A program made the position numbers and the translations under genes. From a virus (taxonomy: Duplodnaviria; Caudoviricetes), in IMG/VR virus record IMGVR_UViG_3300010354_000100, positions 1 to 58,941 of that record: 58,941 nt of DNA; one strand, given 5' to 3'. The notes below the pieces were generated by a model. The model ran no database searches and had not been told where the DNA came from. It saw only the letters and a list, made by a program, of their open reading frames with translations. The first letter of the stretch is position 1. The number at the start of each line of letters is the position of its first letter. Positions 45,432-54,902 of this stretch are shown piece by piece.

Positions 45432-45964
45432 GCACTATTGGAACAGAACCAACCACGTGGAATCAAGCAGCGTCCAGAGTGATTGTTGACGCGATGCTTG
45501 ATGCCTCACGTCTTAATCACAACGGGACGCTAGAGACTTCAACTTGCCAGGCAAGCATCATTAACGTGTTCGAGCAACTCGTTGACGATGTATTCCACTC
45601 CGAAATCCCAGGTACGGATTTTGTGCGAAGAAATATGTTCTGTTCATTGGCAGCCAATGGCATCATCGGCTATTCCAACGAAACACAGGTTTCCGTCGAC
45701 AAGGCGGGAATACAACTGCTGCAGACCGTAATTGGTAAGCAGCGGATGTACGGACACGGCAACATTGCACGCTTCGGGGTTCCGGGGCTCGTAATTCGTC
45801 TTAACGACAAATTAGAGAGACTCAAGAACATCCAAAAGCACGATGGCCCGGTTCTGTTTGAACCACTGCATGACACATGGCTTGACATTTGCGGTTATTC
45901 CGTGATTGCGGTCATGTGGATGAGCGACTGGTTCATGCTGGAACTGGAAGCCGGCCAACAATAA
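45428..45964 (+). CDS. DUF1599 / nucleotide-modification-associated domain protein
   Basis: KQ..YG..NI, G...R..DK..RL.N, DT..D..GY..I. Confidence 0.75.
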   Translation: MSTIGTEPTTWNQAASRVIVDAMLDASRLNHNGTLETSTCQASIINVFEQLVDDVFHSEIPGTDFVRRNMFCSLAANGIIGYSNETQVSVDKAGIQLLQTVIGKQRMYGHGNIARFGVPGLVIRLNDKLERLKNIQKHDGPVLFEPLHDTWLDICGYSVIAVMWMSDWFMLELEAGQQ

Positions 45965-45988
45965 ACATCAGGTACATAGGAGATAAAT

Positions 45989-46408
45989 ATGACAGCACAG
46001 GTAACAGTGGTCGGGAATCTCACTGCAGAGCCCGAAATCAAGACCACTAAGACGGGGAGCAGTGTCCTCAAGGTTGGCGTAGCAGTCAACCGTCGCTGGA
46101 AGAACAAGCAGGACGAATGGGAAGAGGAAGTCTCTTTCTTTGACGTCAACGCTTGGGGCGAACTGGCAGACAACGTTGCTCAAAGCCTTTCCAAGGGCTC
46201 GCGAGTAATCGTCTCCGGAAGGCTTGAGCAGCAGAGTTGGGAGAACAAGGAAGGTCAGAAGCAGTCCAAGGTCGTCTTGGTCGCCGATGACATCGGTGTC
46301 TCCCTGCGCAAGGCCCAGGTAACCGGAATCAACAAGACCGGTCAGCAGGCGCAGCAGCAAAAGCCAGCGCCAAAGGGCAACACTTCCTGGGACGACGAGT
46401 CGTTCTGA
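45989..46408 (+). CDS. ssb: single-stranded DNA-binding protein
   Basis: VVGNLT.EPE, AW..LA.NV..SL.KG.RVIV.GRL.Q, acidic C-terminus. Confidence 0.95.
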   Translation: MTAQVTVVGNLTAEPEIKTTKTGSSVLKVGVAVNRRWKNKQDEWEEEVSFFDVNAWGELADNVAQSLSKGSRVIVSGRLEQQSWENKEGQKQSKVVLVADDIGVSLRKAQVTGINKTGQQAQQQKPAPKGNTSWDDESF

Positions 46409-46520
46409 AGTAAGACTTACACCAATGGTGGTGCGAACACCTTTCCGGGTGCCAGCACTACCATTGGTGTAGTTTCATAAATATGGAAAAGTTGTCTGTT
46501 GGCACGGCAAAGGATAAGTC

Positions 46521-46751
46521 ATGGTTCTAGGAGCAATCATCGCCGCGGTACTTGCGATAGGCGTGTTTTTTGCGAGCAGATTTGTTCTTTTCTCAGACCG
46601 TGAGAGAGTTTCGATGTCGGTGCTGTTTGCTGGCGGGACTTGCATTTCCACTGGTGGATTCATGGTGGGACCAGAAGTTGGATTTTTTGTAACTGGCGCT
46701 CTTTTGATTTTCTTGAGCCTCTTGCTTGCGTATGAAAACGAAGGTGAATAA
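46521..46751 (+). CDS. small membrane protein upstream of portal
   Basis: three hydrophobic segments. Confidence 0.65.
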   Translation: MVLGAIIAAVLAIGVFFASRFVLFSDRERVSMSVLFAGGTCISTGGFMVGPEVGFFVTGALLIFLSLLLAYENEGE

Positions 46752-46753
46752 CG

Positions 46754-48916
46754 GTGGCATTCTTTAAGACTTTCAACAGGGCAGGCGCTGACGGATTCGT
46801 CGGGCTCACAGAAAAAAAGCGTTATGCGACAACCGGATATAGCCGCCCAGGAGAGCCATACAAGGACGGTTGGGATGTTGAACGTGGAATCAACCAGGCT
46901 CTTGACCGCGTGGTATGGGTATATAAAGCGGTTTACGCAATCGCCTCCAATGCAGCGTCACTACCGCTCGGAATACGAGTCGATGACTGGCGCATCGGTG
47001 AACTGACCTGGGAAGACCCGATTCTCAATCTTTTGAATCGCCGCCCCAATAAAAACACTGACGCCTTCTCGTTCAGGTTCATGCTCTCCTCGCAGGTGCT
47101 TTTGTCCAAGAAGGGCGCGTACGTAGAAGTTACGCGAAACAGGCTTGGTGATGTGACCTCGTTGTTCCTTCACCAGCCGCAGTATGTATTCCCAATTCCA
47201 GACCCAGTCAACTATGTCTCTGGCTATGCGGTTGAATATCCAAATACTCCGCGCAAAATAGTTGAGCCGGAGAACATGCTGTGGATTCGTGTTCCGCACC
47301 CGATTGACCCCTATAAGGGCCAGACACCACTGGAGTCTGCTGGACTTGCGATTGAGTTTGATTACTACTCGCGCGTCTATAACCGTAACTTTGTCATCAA
47401 CGACGGCCGCCCAGGTGGAATGTTGGTAATCAAAGGCGACATGGAAGAAGAGCAGAGCGAAGAAATCGCTCGCAGGTTCCGTGGAACGACTGGCTCAAAC
47501 ATCGGTGGTGCGGGTCGAATCACCGTGCTTTCGGCAGAAGACGCAAGTTTCATTGACACTGCTGTCAATCAGCGTGATGCGCAATACACAGAAGCGCGAA
47601 TGCAAAACAAGGAAGAAATTCTTCTTGCGTTTGGCGTCCCGGAGTCGGTGATTGGAAACGCTTCAGGTCGCACGTTTGCAAACGCAGACGTTGAACTTGA
47701 AGTGTTCTGGCGAGAAACGATGCTTCCGCATTTGACACTCCTTGAGCGTGCATTTGACATCCTTGACGATGACCCAAATACTTACTTCTCTTACGACCTT
47801 TCGTCTGTTGCCATTCTCAGCCGCGACGACAGAGAGCGCGCCAAGTTCCATCTTGAGGAACTAAAGCAGGGCGCAATCAGCATTGATGAATACCGAGAAC
47901 TGACTGGCCGAGAAGGCGTCGGTATGGACGACTTGCTCGTGCCGACCAACTTGTCGCCGGTGGTCATGTCTACCGATGGCAACGGGGCACAGCCTGGGGA
48001 GCGGGTAAACCCGAATCAAAATCCTGGTCGTCGACCAAATGACGCTCCCGATGCGGCAGTTCCTTCTGCGGGAGCCAATGCGCCATCTTCCCCGCAGGTT
48101 GATACCGACAACACCAATGACCCAAATCCTCGCCCTATTTACGCTCCAGCCATGTCGGAACTTTCCATCCCCGAACCAGAGGCGACCAAGGAAACGGTCA
48201 ACATTCAGCGCAGGACCCGCCAACTGGACCGACTTGAGGCCAGTGTGACCCTACAAATCGCTTCCTACTTCAAGCGCCAACAGCGTGTGGTGATGGAAAA
48301 AGCAGGCTCCAAGAAACTCAAGGAGCGTTGGGACTCAGGCGAAAAGATTGAAGTGGACGATTTCTTTGATATCGATATCTGGAATGGGCAGTTGGAGACT
48401 GACGGTAAGACGTGGATTTCAGCCGTATTCCTTGACGGCGCAATCGACATTGCCGGAGAAGGTTTCGATAAGTTGGACATGCAGGGCAAGGCTGTCCAGG
48501 AATTGATTGCCGACAGAATCAGCAATCTCCTGCTCGTGAACCAGACCACAAAAGTCAACATGCAGAAGATGCTTGATGCCTTTGCTGGACGCCCACACGC
48601 CTCCTTTGTCGCCGAACTGACAAAGTGGATGTCAGACTCCTTCTCCAAGAGAATTAAAACAATTGTCAGGACTGAAGTGTCCGGAGCGTTTAATGCCGGT
48701 CTACTCTGGGCGGCCCTTCAACTTGGCTACACGAAGAAGACTTGGGTCCATTCGAACGATGAGGACGGGCGTGCAGAACATCATCATGTCTCCAATGTGA
48801 CGATTGGAATCGCAGATAATTTTGATATCGAAGGCAAGTCAGTTCGCTTCCCGGGCGACTTCGTCGGCGATGGCACTTCAGTTATCAACTGCCGCTGCAC
48901 ATTGGCGTTTGCTTAG
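46754..48916 (+). CDS. HK97-type portal protein fused to a MuF/SPP1 gp7-like minor head domain
   Basis: VY..V..IA, LL..PN, G..P, FGVP..IG; C-terminal RTE...KTW...R..H...FPGD...INCRC. Confidence 0.9.
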   Translation: MAFFKTFNRAGADGFVGLTEKKRYATTGYSRPGEPYKDGWDVERGINQALDRVVWVYKAVYAIASNAASLPLGIRVDDWRIGELTWEDPILNLLNRRPNKNTDAFSFRFMLSSQVLLSKKGAYVEVTRNRLGDVTSLFLHQPQYVFPIPDPVNYVSGYAVEYPNTPRKIVEPENMLWIRVPHPIDPYKGQTPLESAGLAIEFDYYSRVYNRNFVINDGRPGGMLVIKGDMEEEQSEEIARRFRGTTGSNIGGAGRITVLSAEDASFIDTAVNQRDAQYTEARMQNKEEILLAFGVPESVIGNASGRTFANADVELEVFWRETMLPHLTLLERAFDILDDDPNTYFSYDLSSVAILSRDDRERAKFHLEELKQGAISIDEYRELTGREGVGMDDLLVPTNLSPVVMSTDGNGAQPGERVNPNQNPGRRPNDAPDAAVPSAGANAPSSPQVDTDNTNDPNPRPIYAPAMSELSIPEPEATKETVNIQRRTRQLDRLEASVTLQIASYFKRQQRVVMEKAGSKKLKERWDSGEKIEVDDFFDIDIWNGQLETDGKTWISAVFLDGAIDIAGEGFDKLDMQGKAVQELIADRISNLLLVNQTTKVNMQKMLDAFAGRPHASFVAELTKWMSDSFSKRIKTIVRTEVSGAFNAGLLWAALQLGYTKKTWVHSNDEDGRAEHHHVSNVTIGIADNFDIEGKSVRFPGDFVGDGTSVINCRCTLAFA

Positions 48917-48981
48917 CCTATACGCCAGGTTTAGTTACCCTGGACGTCTGCTCAATGTATAATCGCTCGCCAGGAGGCTAG

Positions 48982-51594
48982 ATGGACCGCAAGAACGTTC
49001 CAGTTTCATCAGTTCGCGGCTTGAGCGAAGCAGATGGGATTGTAGAGGCAATCGTCTCCGTCACCAATGTCGTTGACTCTGTCAATGATGTCATCGAGCC
49101 TGGCGCGTATAAAAACACGCTACGCAAGCGCAATCCAAAAGGTGTGTGGTCTCACGACACAAACATTCCCGTTGCAAAAACTTTGAAAGTTGAAGAATTG
49201 ATGCCCGGCGACCAGAGACTGCCGGAAGATTTGCGACAGCAAGGCGCTGGGGCATTGCTAGTGAAGATGCAATTTAACTTGAACACGAGTCGTGGTCGTG
49301 ATGCTTTCTATGATGTTCAGTTCTTTGCAGAAGAGCAGGAATGGTCAATCGGTTATTCGGTTCCGGAAGGCAAGTCGACAACTGACGAAAAGAGCGGAGT
49401 GCGATTTATTAAGGCTCTTGAACTTTACGAATACTCGCCAGTCATTTTTGGCGCTGCTCCCAACACGCGAACTCTTAGCGTGAAAGATGATTTGACAATT
49501 GACGAAGAGAAGGCCTCACCAGAAGATGTAATGGTGGGTACGCCTGTCTCCTTCTCCGTCCCCAAGCCCCCCGACCAGACTGAGTCTGCTCACGGGATTG
49601 TCGAAAGAATTGCTCGCTCTGGAGAAGTGCGCCTACCAAACACATCTGAAACGCTTGAAGCAACTAGCGACGACCCAGTAGCCACCGTCCGCGTTTACGC
49701 GCGCATGGAGGATGGTTCGCATGAGCGAACAGACCGTCGCGTTATCAAGAATGTTTCAAAACTGCGCGTCATTGAAGACTTCCGCGAAGACGAAAAGGAA
49801 TACGCAGAGTACGAAGAAAAAGCCGGCAAGTATGACGACCTTGATTTTCGCATTCCTTCTGGCGTCAAGAAGCAGGCTCAAATTGGTCTTGACTGGTCAA
49901 AGGAATACAACCGTGGTGGTACTGCCGTTGGCAAGAACACCGCTCGCTATCTCATCAATAACAGCGTTGCCGGACCAGAAAAAGTGCGACATATCGCACG
50001 GTACTTCCCGCGCCATGAAGTTGACCTTCGCACACCATCCAACAGTCGACCCGGCGCAGATGGATACCCGGGCGCTGGCCTCATCGCTTGGAAGTTGTGG
50101 GGCGGAGATGCCGGCAAGACATGGTCAATGAAACTCGTCGAGGCAATGAATCGCCGTGACCAAAAATCACTTGAGGAAGAACTTGAGCAAAAGGCACCAG
50201 CAGTTTCCGCTTCAGTGGAAAAGACATTGCGTCAAAAAGTTGCAGACCATAACGAAAAGTACGGAGACAGTGCTGGCAAGCGCGCGACATACGCGATGCT
50301 CGCCGCCTCATATCGTCGCGGCATAGGTGCATACCGCACCAACCCGTCGTCTGTCCGTCCGTCTGTTTCTTCCGCAGAGCAGTGGGCGATGGCTCGCGTA
50401 AACGGTCTTTTGTATGCGCTGCGAACCGGCAGGTTCCGCCGCAAGCCTTATGACACCGACCTTCTGCCATCCGCTCATCCTTTGAGCACGCGCAGCAAAG
50501 ATATTTACACCGATATGCCCGAAGGCGAGCCGAGTGCATTTGGGGAGCCGCAAGGACTCAACCCTCCACGACGTCCACGTCGTCGCCGTCGTCGCACGGA
50601 CGAAGGCAAGCCGTATCGCATCTCGCGCAATATGGAAGGCTGCAGCGGGTATGCGGTTGTCAAAGAAGGTGAAAACTCACCGGTTCCTGGCGGCTGCCAC
50701 GAGACACTCGGCGAGGCTCGCCGACACATGGCTGCCCTGTATGCGGCAGAGACGTCAAAGTCAGATGATGTTGATACGGAGTCAAAGATGTATGAGCACG
50801 GAAGATTGCATCCCAACCTGACAGCAGATGAACAGGCTTTGCACGACGCCCTCATTCACATTGCCGACGTGCACGGCAAGTTTGATGAGGATGGCTCTGG
50901 AATCTGGGCTGGGTATGAAAGCCCTGCAGAAAATGATGAGAAGAGTATTGGCGTTAAGTGCGCCAACTGCACCCTGTATCAGGGTGATGGTGTTTGCTCG
51001 ATTATCAAGCAAAAAGTCAATGAAAATGGCAAGTGCCGTTTTGCTGTCATTCCCGACGGAGTGGTGGAGTGGAGCGGCATGAAGTCATATGCCGCTGCCA
51101 TCGATGAGTGGGAGCAGAGCGAAGAAGGAATCGACTGGGACGCCATTGAGGCAAAAGCAGACGGCGGTCCGATTCGCTCACACTCCTCTGCCGTACGCGA
51201 TGACACACCGATTGACCGCAGTGCAATTCTTGCTGTTCGCTCCCCGGAAACCCCAGAGTATTTCCGAAAGATTTTTGCGTATCAAACACCAAAGACTGAC
51301 GGAACCAGAAAGACCCACTACACCTTCATCCACCATCACATTTCAGAAGATGGTCGACCTGGCGCAGCAGCAATGTCTGAACTTCGTGTTCAGATGTCGG
51401 TGTTGAACGGCGCTCGCGGTGGTACTATTTTGCGCGGAGCAGACCGAAAGGCAGTTTACAATCATCTTGCCCGTCACTATCGTGACGGAGGAACCACACC
51501 ACCTTCTTTGAAGTCTGACGAGGAAGTGGATAATCTGATGATTAAGGCTGGATACATTACTGAGCCGCTTACGAAAGCAGAAGTAGATGAGTGA
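48982..51594 (+). CDS. HK97-family prohead protease with long multi-domain C-terminal extension
   Basis: D...D.I.PGA, WSHD, WSIGY, LYEYSPV.FGA..T in the first ~165 aa. Confidence 0.85.
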   Translation: MDRKNVPVSSVRGLSEADGIVEAIVSVTNVVDSVNDVIEPGAYKNTLRKRNPKGVWSHDTNIPVAKTLKVEELMPGDQRLPEDLRQQGAGALLVKMQFNLNTSRGRDAFYDVQFFAEEQEWSIGYSVPEGKSTTDEKSGVRFIKALELYEYSPVIFGAAPNTRTLSVKDDLTIDEEKASPEDVMVGTPVSFSVPKPPDQTESAHGIVERIARSGEVRLPNTSETLEATSDDPVATVRVYARMEDGSHERTDRRVIKNVSKLRVIEDFREDEKEYAEYEEKAGKYDDLDFRIPSGVKKQAQIGLDWSKEYNRGGTAVGKNTARYLINNSVAGPEKVRHIARYFPRHEVDLRTPSNSRPGADGYPGAGLIAWKLWGGDAGKTWSMKLVEAMNRRDQKSLEEELEQKAPAVSASVEKTLRQKVADHNEKYGDSAGKRATYAMLAASYRRGIGAYRTNPSSVRPSVSSAEQWAMARVNGLLYALRTGRFRRKPYDTDLLPSAHPLSTRSKDIYTDMPEGEPSAFGEPQGLNPPRRPRRRRRRTDEGKPYRISRNMEGCSGYAVVKEGENSPVPGGCHETLGEARRHMAALYAAETSKSDDVDTESKMYEHGRLHPNLTADEQALHDALIHIADVHGKFDEDGSGIWAGYESPAENDEKSIGVKCANCTLYQGDGVCSIIKQKVNENGKCRFAVIPDGVVEWSGMKSYAAAIDEWEQSEEGIDWDAIEAKADGGPIRSHSSAVRDDTPIDRSAILAVRSPETPEYFRKIFAYQTPKTDGTRKTHYTFIHHHISEDGRPGAAAMSELRVQMSVLNGARGGTILRGADRKAVYNHLARHYRDGGTTPPSLKSDEEVDNLMIKAGYITEPLTKAEVDE

Positions 51595-53017
51595 AGAGCA
51601 AGAAGTAGAACTGAAAGAAGCCGGACCCAACGGTCGCGTCGTCCCTGTTCACTCCACTTCGGTCGATTTGAGTTCTGCATGGGACCGAACTGCGCAATTC
51701 AAGAAGATGCGCTCCCCGGCGACTGCTGACTACTACAACGATATTTTTGCTTTTCAGTTGCCAAACACAAAGGGAACTCGCAAAACTCACTACTCTTTTA
51801 TTCACCACTTTGTCGGGACAAATGGTGCTGCAGGCGCAGCCTCTGGCCGGGCATTGGCAAACTCAGTTGCCGTCTTGAACGGCGGACGCCAAGGGACTGT
51901 TCTCCGTGGTGCAGCGCGACAGGGCGTGTACCGCCATATTGCTGCTCACTACAAGGACGCAGATAGGGAAGCACCAGAACTGAAGTCTGACGAGGACGTA
52001 GATGCAATCATGATGTTTAAGGGTCTTATCTCCGCCCCATTGGCAGAAACACTGGACCTGACCATCAAGGGTCTGGAGGATTTGGACAACATCATCGATG
52101 TCGAGAGCGATGTTTCTTGGTTTGACGGGGAACAAGAAATAAAGGGCATCGTTGTCGAGGCCGATGATGATGTCGCCCTCGTAGAGGAAGTTGACGAGAC
52201 TGGCGAGCGCACCGGCGAGTTGTATGAACTTGAGTATTCAGAAATAAAACTCCGAACATTCGTGGTTATGGAAAAAGCAGATGACATGCCAGAAAAGGGC
52301 GCAATCGTTTCTTGGGACACCTCAAAGGGCAAGTACTACGGCGATGTGGTTGAGGTCGTAACAGACGGGATGGCCCGCGGCGAGCCTCAGGGCCTTGAAA
52401 TCGAGGGCACGGAGGAGAATCCTGCCTTTATCGTCAGGGTCTGGATGATGGAGGAATACGAGGAAGAAGAAGACGAGCCAGAGGACGACGAGGACATGGA
52501 AGAGTCCTCAAAATCGACCAAATCAGAGGGCGAATGGCACTCAACCAACGTAACCGTCGTCGCCCGCGGCGACGCCCTGAAGGTAGAGGAAGCCTTGCCC
52601 ACCGGGACCGAAGAAAGTGACTACGATAGTGAAGAAGAAGATGAGGAGACAGCAATGAAGAGCATCGACCCAGAGTTCAGCGCGCTTGTCAAGCGTGTCA
52701 TCGAGCAGAACGCCGAAGTTCTGAAGCGTCTCGCAGAGTTGGACAGCGAAGAGAAGTCAGACGCAGTCGAAGAGACTCCTGCCGTTGAAGAGACTGTCAC
52801 CGAGGAAGTGAAGTCAGAGGAAGTTGCAGTCTCAACTGAGGAAGTCATCGCAGAAGAGACACCAGTCGTTGAAGCAGCAGCCGAAGAAGTCAAGTCAGAA
52901 GAAGTTGCGGTTGAAGCAGTTCAGGAAGAGCAGCCAATTGTTGAAGAGAAGGCCTCCATTTCGTTTGACGAACTCAAGGAGTTCCACAACTTGCTGAAGG
53001 AAGTCACCAAACAGTAA
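51587..53017 (+). CDS. acidic multi-domain head-associated protein sharing domains with the protease extension
   Basis: GTRKTHY.FIHH domain and Tudor-like domain; Glu-rich tail. Confidence 0.75.
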   Translation: MSEEQEVELKEAGPNGRVVPVHSTSVDLSSAWDRTAQFKKMRSPATADYYNDIFAFQLPNTKGTRKTHYSFIHHFVGTNGAAGAASGRALANSVAVLNGGRQGTVLRGAARQGVYRHIAAHYKDADREAPELKSDEDVDAIMMFKGLISAPLAETLDLTIKGLEDLDNIIDVESDVSWFDGEQEIKGIVVEADDDVALVEEVDETGERTGELYELEYSEIKLRTFVVMEKADDMPEKGAIVSWDTSKGKYYGDVVEVVTDGMARGEPQGLEIEGTEENPAFIVRVWMMEEYEEEEDEPEDDEDMEESSKSTKSEGEWHSTNVTVVARGDALKVEEALPTGTEESDYDSEEEDEETAMKSIDPEFSALVKRVIEQNAEVLKRLAELDSEEKSDAVEETPAVEETVTEEVKSEEVAVSTEEVIAEETPVVEAAAEEVKSEEVAVEAVQEEQPIVEEKASISFDELKEFHNLLKEVTKQ

Positions 53018-53068
53018 CCACGCATGTGTTAAACTCTCCATGGGCGGATTTACCAACCATGGAGGCAC

Positions 53069-53323
53069 ATGGACTTCTACGAAGAATGCAAATCGGATAC
53101 CAAGCAGCACAAGTCGCTAAAAGTCGACAATCTGCTTGCGTCGTTAAATAAAAAAGATGCTGAGAGCCTCAAGAAGGCTTTGTTGGACCCAGATGTTCCC
53201 ACTCGTGCGATTGAGCGAGTTTTGCTCAATAACAAAATTGAATGCGGTTGCTGGGCAATAAATCAATGGCGTAAAACTAACGGGATTACGCTCCGCTCTT
53301 CTAACGCTATTGGAGGGAAATAA
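53069..53323 (+). CDS. hypothetical protein
   Basis: GGAGG RBS. Confidence 0.65.
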   Translation: MDFYEECKSDTKQHKSLKVDNLLASLNKKDAESLKKALLDPDVPTRAIERVLLNNKIECGCWAINQWRKTNGITLRSSNAIGGK

Positions 53324-53325
53324 TC

Positions 53326-54510
53326 ATGCCATTGTCAGACGACATAAACAAAGTGTCCGAGAAATCACACATTGAGGCAGTTGCAAAACTGCTCAAGGAC
53401 CACAACATCAAGCCAGACGAAGTCGGCTCAATCAAATCGATGAGGGTTGGCAAATGGCAGACGGTCACCAAAGATGAGGCCGGTGAAGCACAAATTCACG
53501 ACCTCAAAGGCGCAAGTCTCGTGCTTAGCCCCAAATGGGATTCGGGTCCCGAATGGCCAGTAATCGTTCCTGGTCCAAAGCACAACATTCCAAAAATAAA
53601 AGCAAAGTCTCGCAAGACGAAAGAGTGGGAAACCGCAGTCATCTTGCCAGACATGCAGATGGGCTACTACAAAAAGTCATTGGAGCAAAATGCGCAGTTG
53701 GAACCAATCCACGACGAGAAGGCAATTTCAATTGCACTGAAACTCGTTGAGGATATGAACCCAGACCAAGTTGTGTTGTTGGGGGATAACCTTGACTTCG
53801 CCGAGTTCGGTAAGTATTTGACTGCTCCGACTTTCAAGCAACTTACGCAAGCGACAATTGACCGCGCAACGCTTTTGTGCGCACAGATTCGCGCTGCTGC
53901 ACCAAACGCAAAGATTACTTGGATTGCCGGAAACCACGAGGCACGACTTGCAAGATACGTCCAAATGAATGCTGAAGCAGCGTTCGGTCTTACACGCGGG
54001 AAACTCAACGACGAACTGCGCGACAACTGGCCTGTTCTGTCCGTTCCGAACCTGTGTCGCATGGACGAATTCCAAGTGGAATATTTGTCCGGATACCCAG
54101 AGTCGTTCCTTGCGCTGAATGAGAATCTCATCATCAGACATGGTGACCGAGTGACTTCAAATGGGTCAACCACGACCAAGTACCTGAATGATGCCCACAA
54201 GTCAGTCATCTATGGACACATTCACAGAGTTGAGGTTGCATACCGAACGCGAGTCTCAGAGGCGGGCCCGCGAACAATCATGGCGGCCAGCCCTGGTTGC
54301 TTGTGCAGAATCGACGGCGCAGTCCCGTCAACCAAGTCTGGCTCTGACGAGTTCGGTCGACCATTGATGCAGGGTGCAGAGAATTGGCAGCAGGGTCTTG
54401 CTGTGGTTCAGTATCAGCCCAAGGGCGTCAAGGAAGAGTGGTTCAATTACGAACAGATGTGGATTTACAACGGGAGGGGCATCTTTAGGGGTGTCGAGTA
54501 TGCGGCCTGA
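53326..54510 (+). CDS. metallophosphoesterase
   Basis: PDMQ, GDNLD, GNHE, HG, GHIHR. Confidence 0.85.
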   Translation: MPLSDDINKVSEKSHIEAVAKLLKDHNIKPDEVGSIKSMRVGKWQTVTKDEAGEAQIHDLKGASLVLSPKWDSGPEWPVIVPGPKHNIPKIKAKSRKTKEWETAVILPDMQMGYYKKSLEQNAQLEPIHDEKAISIALKLVEDMNPDQVVLLGDNLDFAEFGKYLTAPTFKQLTQATIDRATLLCAQIRAAAPNAKITWIAGNHEARLARYVQMNAEAAFGLTRGKLNDELRDNWPVLSVPNLCRMDEFQVEYLSGYPESFLALNENLIIRHGDRVTSNGSTTTKYLNDAHKSVIYGHIHRVEVAYRTRVSEAGPRTIMAASPGCLCRIDGAVPSTKSGSDEFGRPLMQGAENWQQGLAVVQYQPKGVKEEWFNYEQMWIYNGRGIFRGVEYAA

Positions 54511-54799
54511 TTTTCAGGACGACAGTGATATCCAGTTCCCAGTAATCACCATCTCGGTCTCCCATGATGACCTGGATGAGCCGATTCACGTGGATTTGGG
54601 CTCCATACCCCCGTTTGTTGCTGCGGCTGTCCTTGACAAGGTGGCATCAATACTCAAAGCAGCCACCCCAGCCCCCAAAATCAGTTTCAAGGGGAACGTG
54701 TTGGTCGAGCCATTCAATACCAACTCGGTGACGATGATTGACAACCTGTTTGATGTCTTCCTTGACGAGGATGATAAGGATGAAGAAGAAGACGACTAG
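54500..54799 (+). CDS. acidic hypothetical protein
   Basis: overlaps the previous stop. Confidence 0.6.
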   Translation: MRPDFQDDSDIQFPVITISVSHDDLDEPIHVDLGSIPPFVAAAVLDKVASILKAATPAPKISFKGNVLVEPFNTNSVTMIDNLFDVFLDEDDKDEEEDD

Positions 54800-54806
54800 C
54801 GCCTGC

Positions 54807-54835
54807 TTGACAACCTGTTTATGTTGTAGCATACT
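54807..54835 (+). promoter_or_regulatory. putative promoter of the capsid gene
   Basis: TTGACA-N17-CATACT. Confidence 0.5.
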
Positions 54836-54902
54836 CTGTCACGGCGAGGTGCTTACCTTGTCGTCCTATAAGTTACAAACACTCTAAAAAGGAGTACCTA
54901 CT

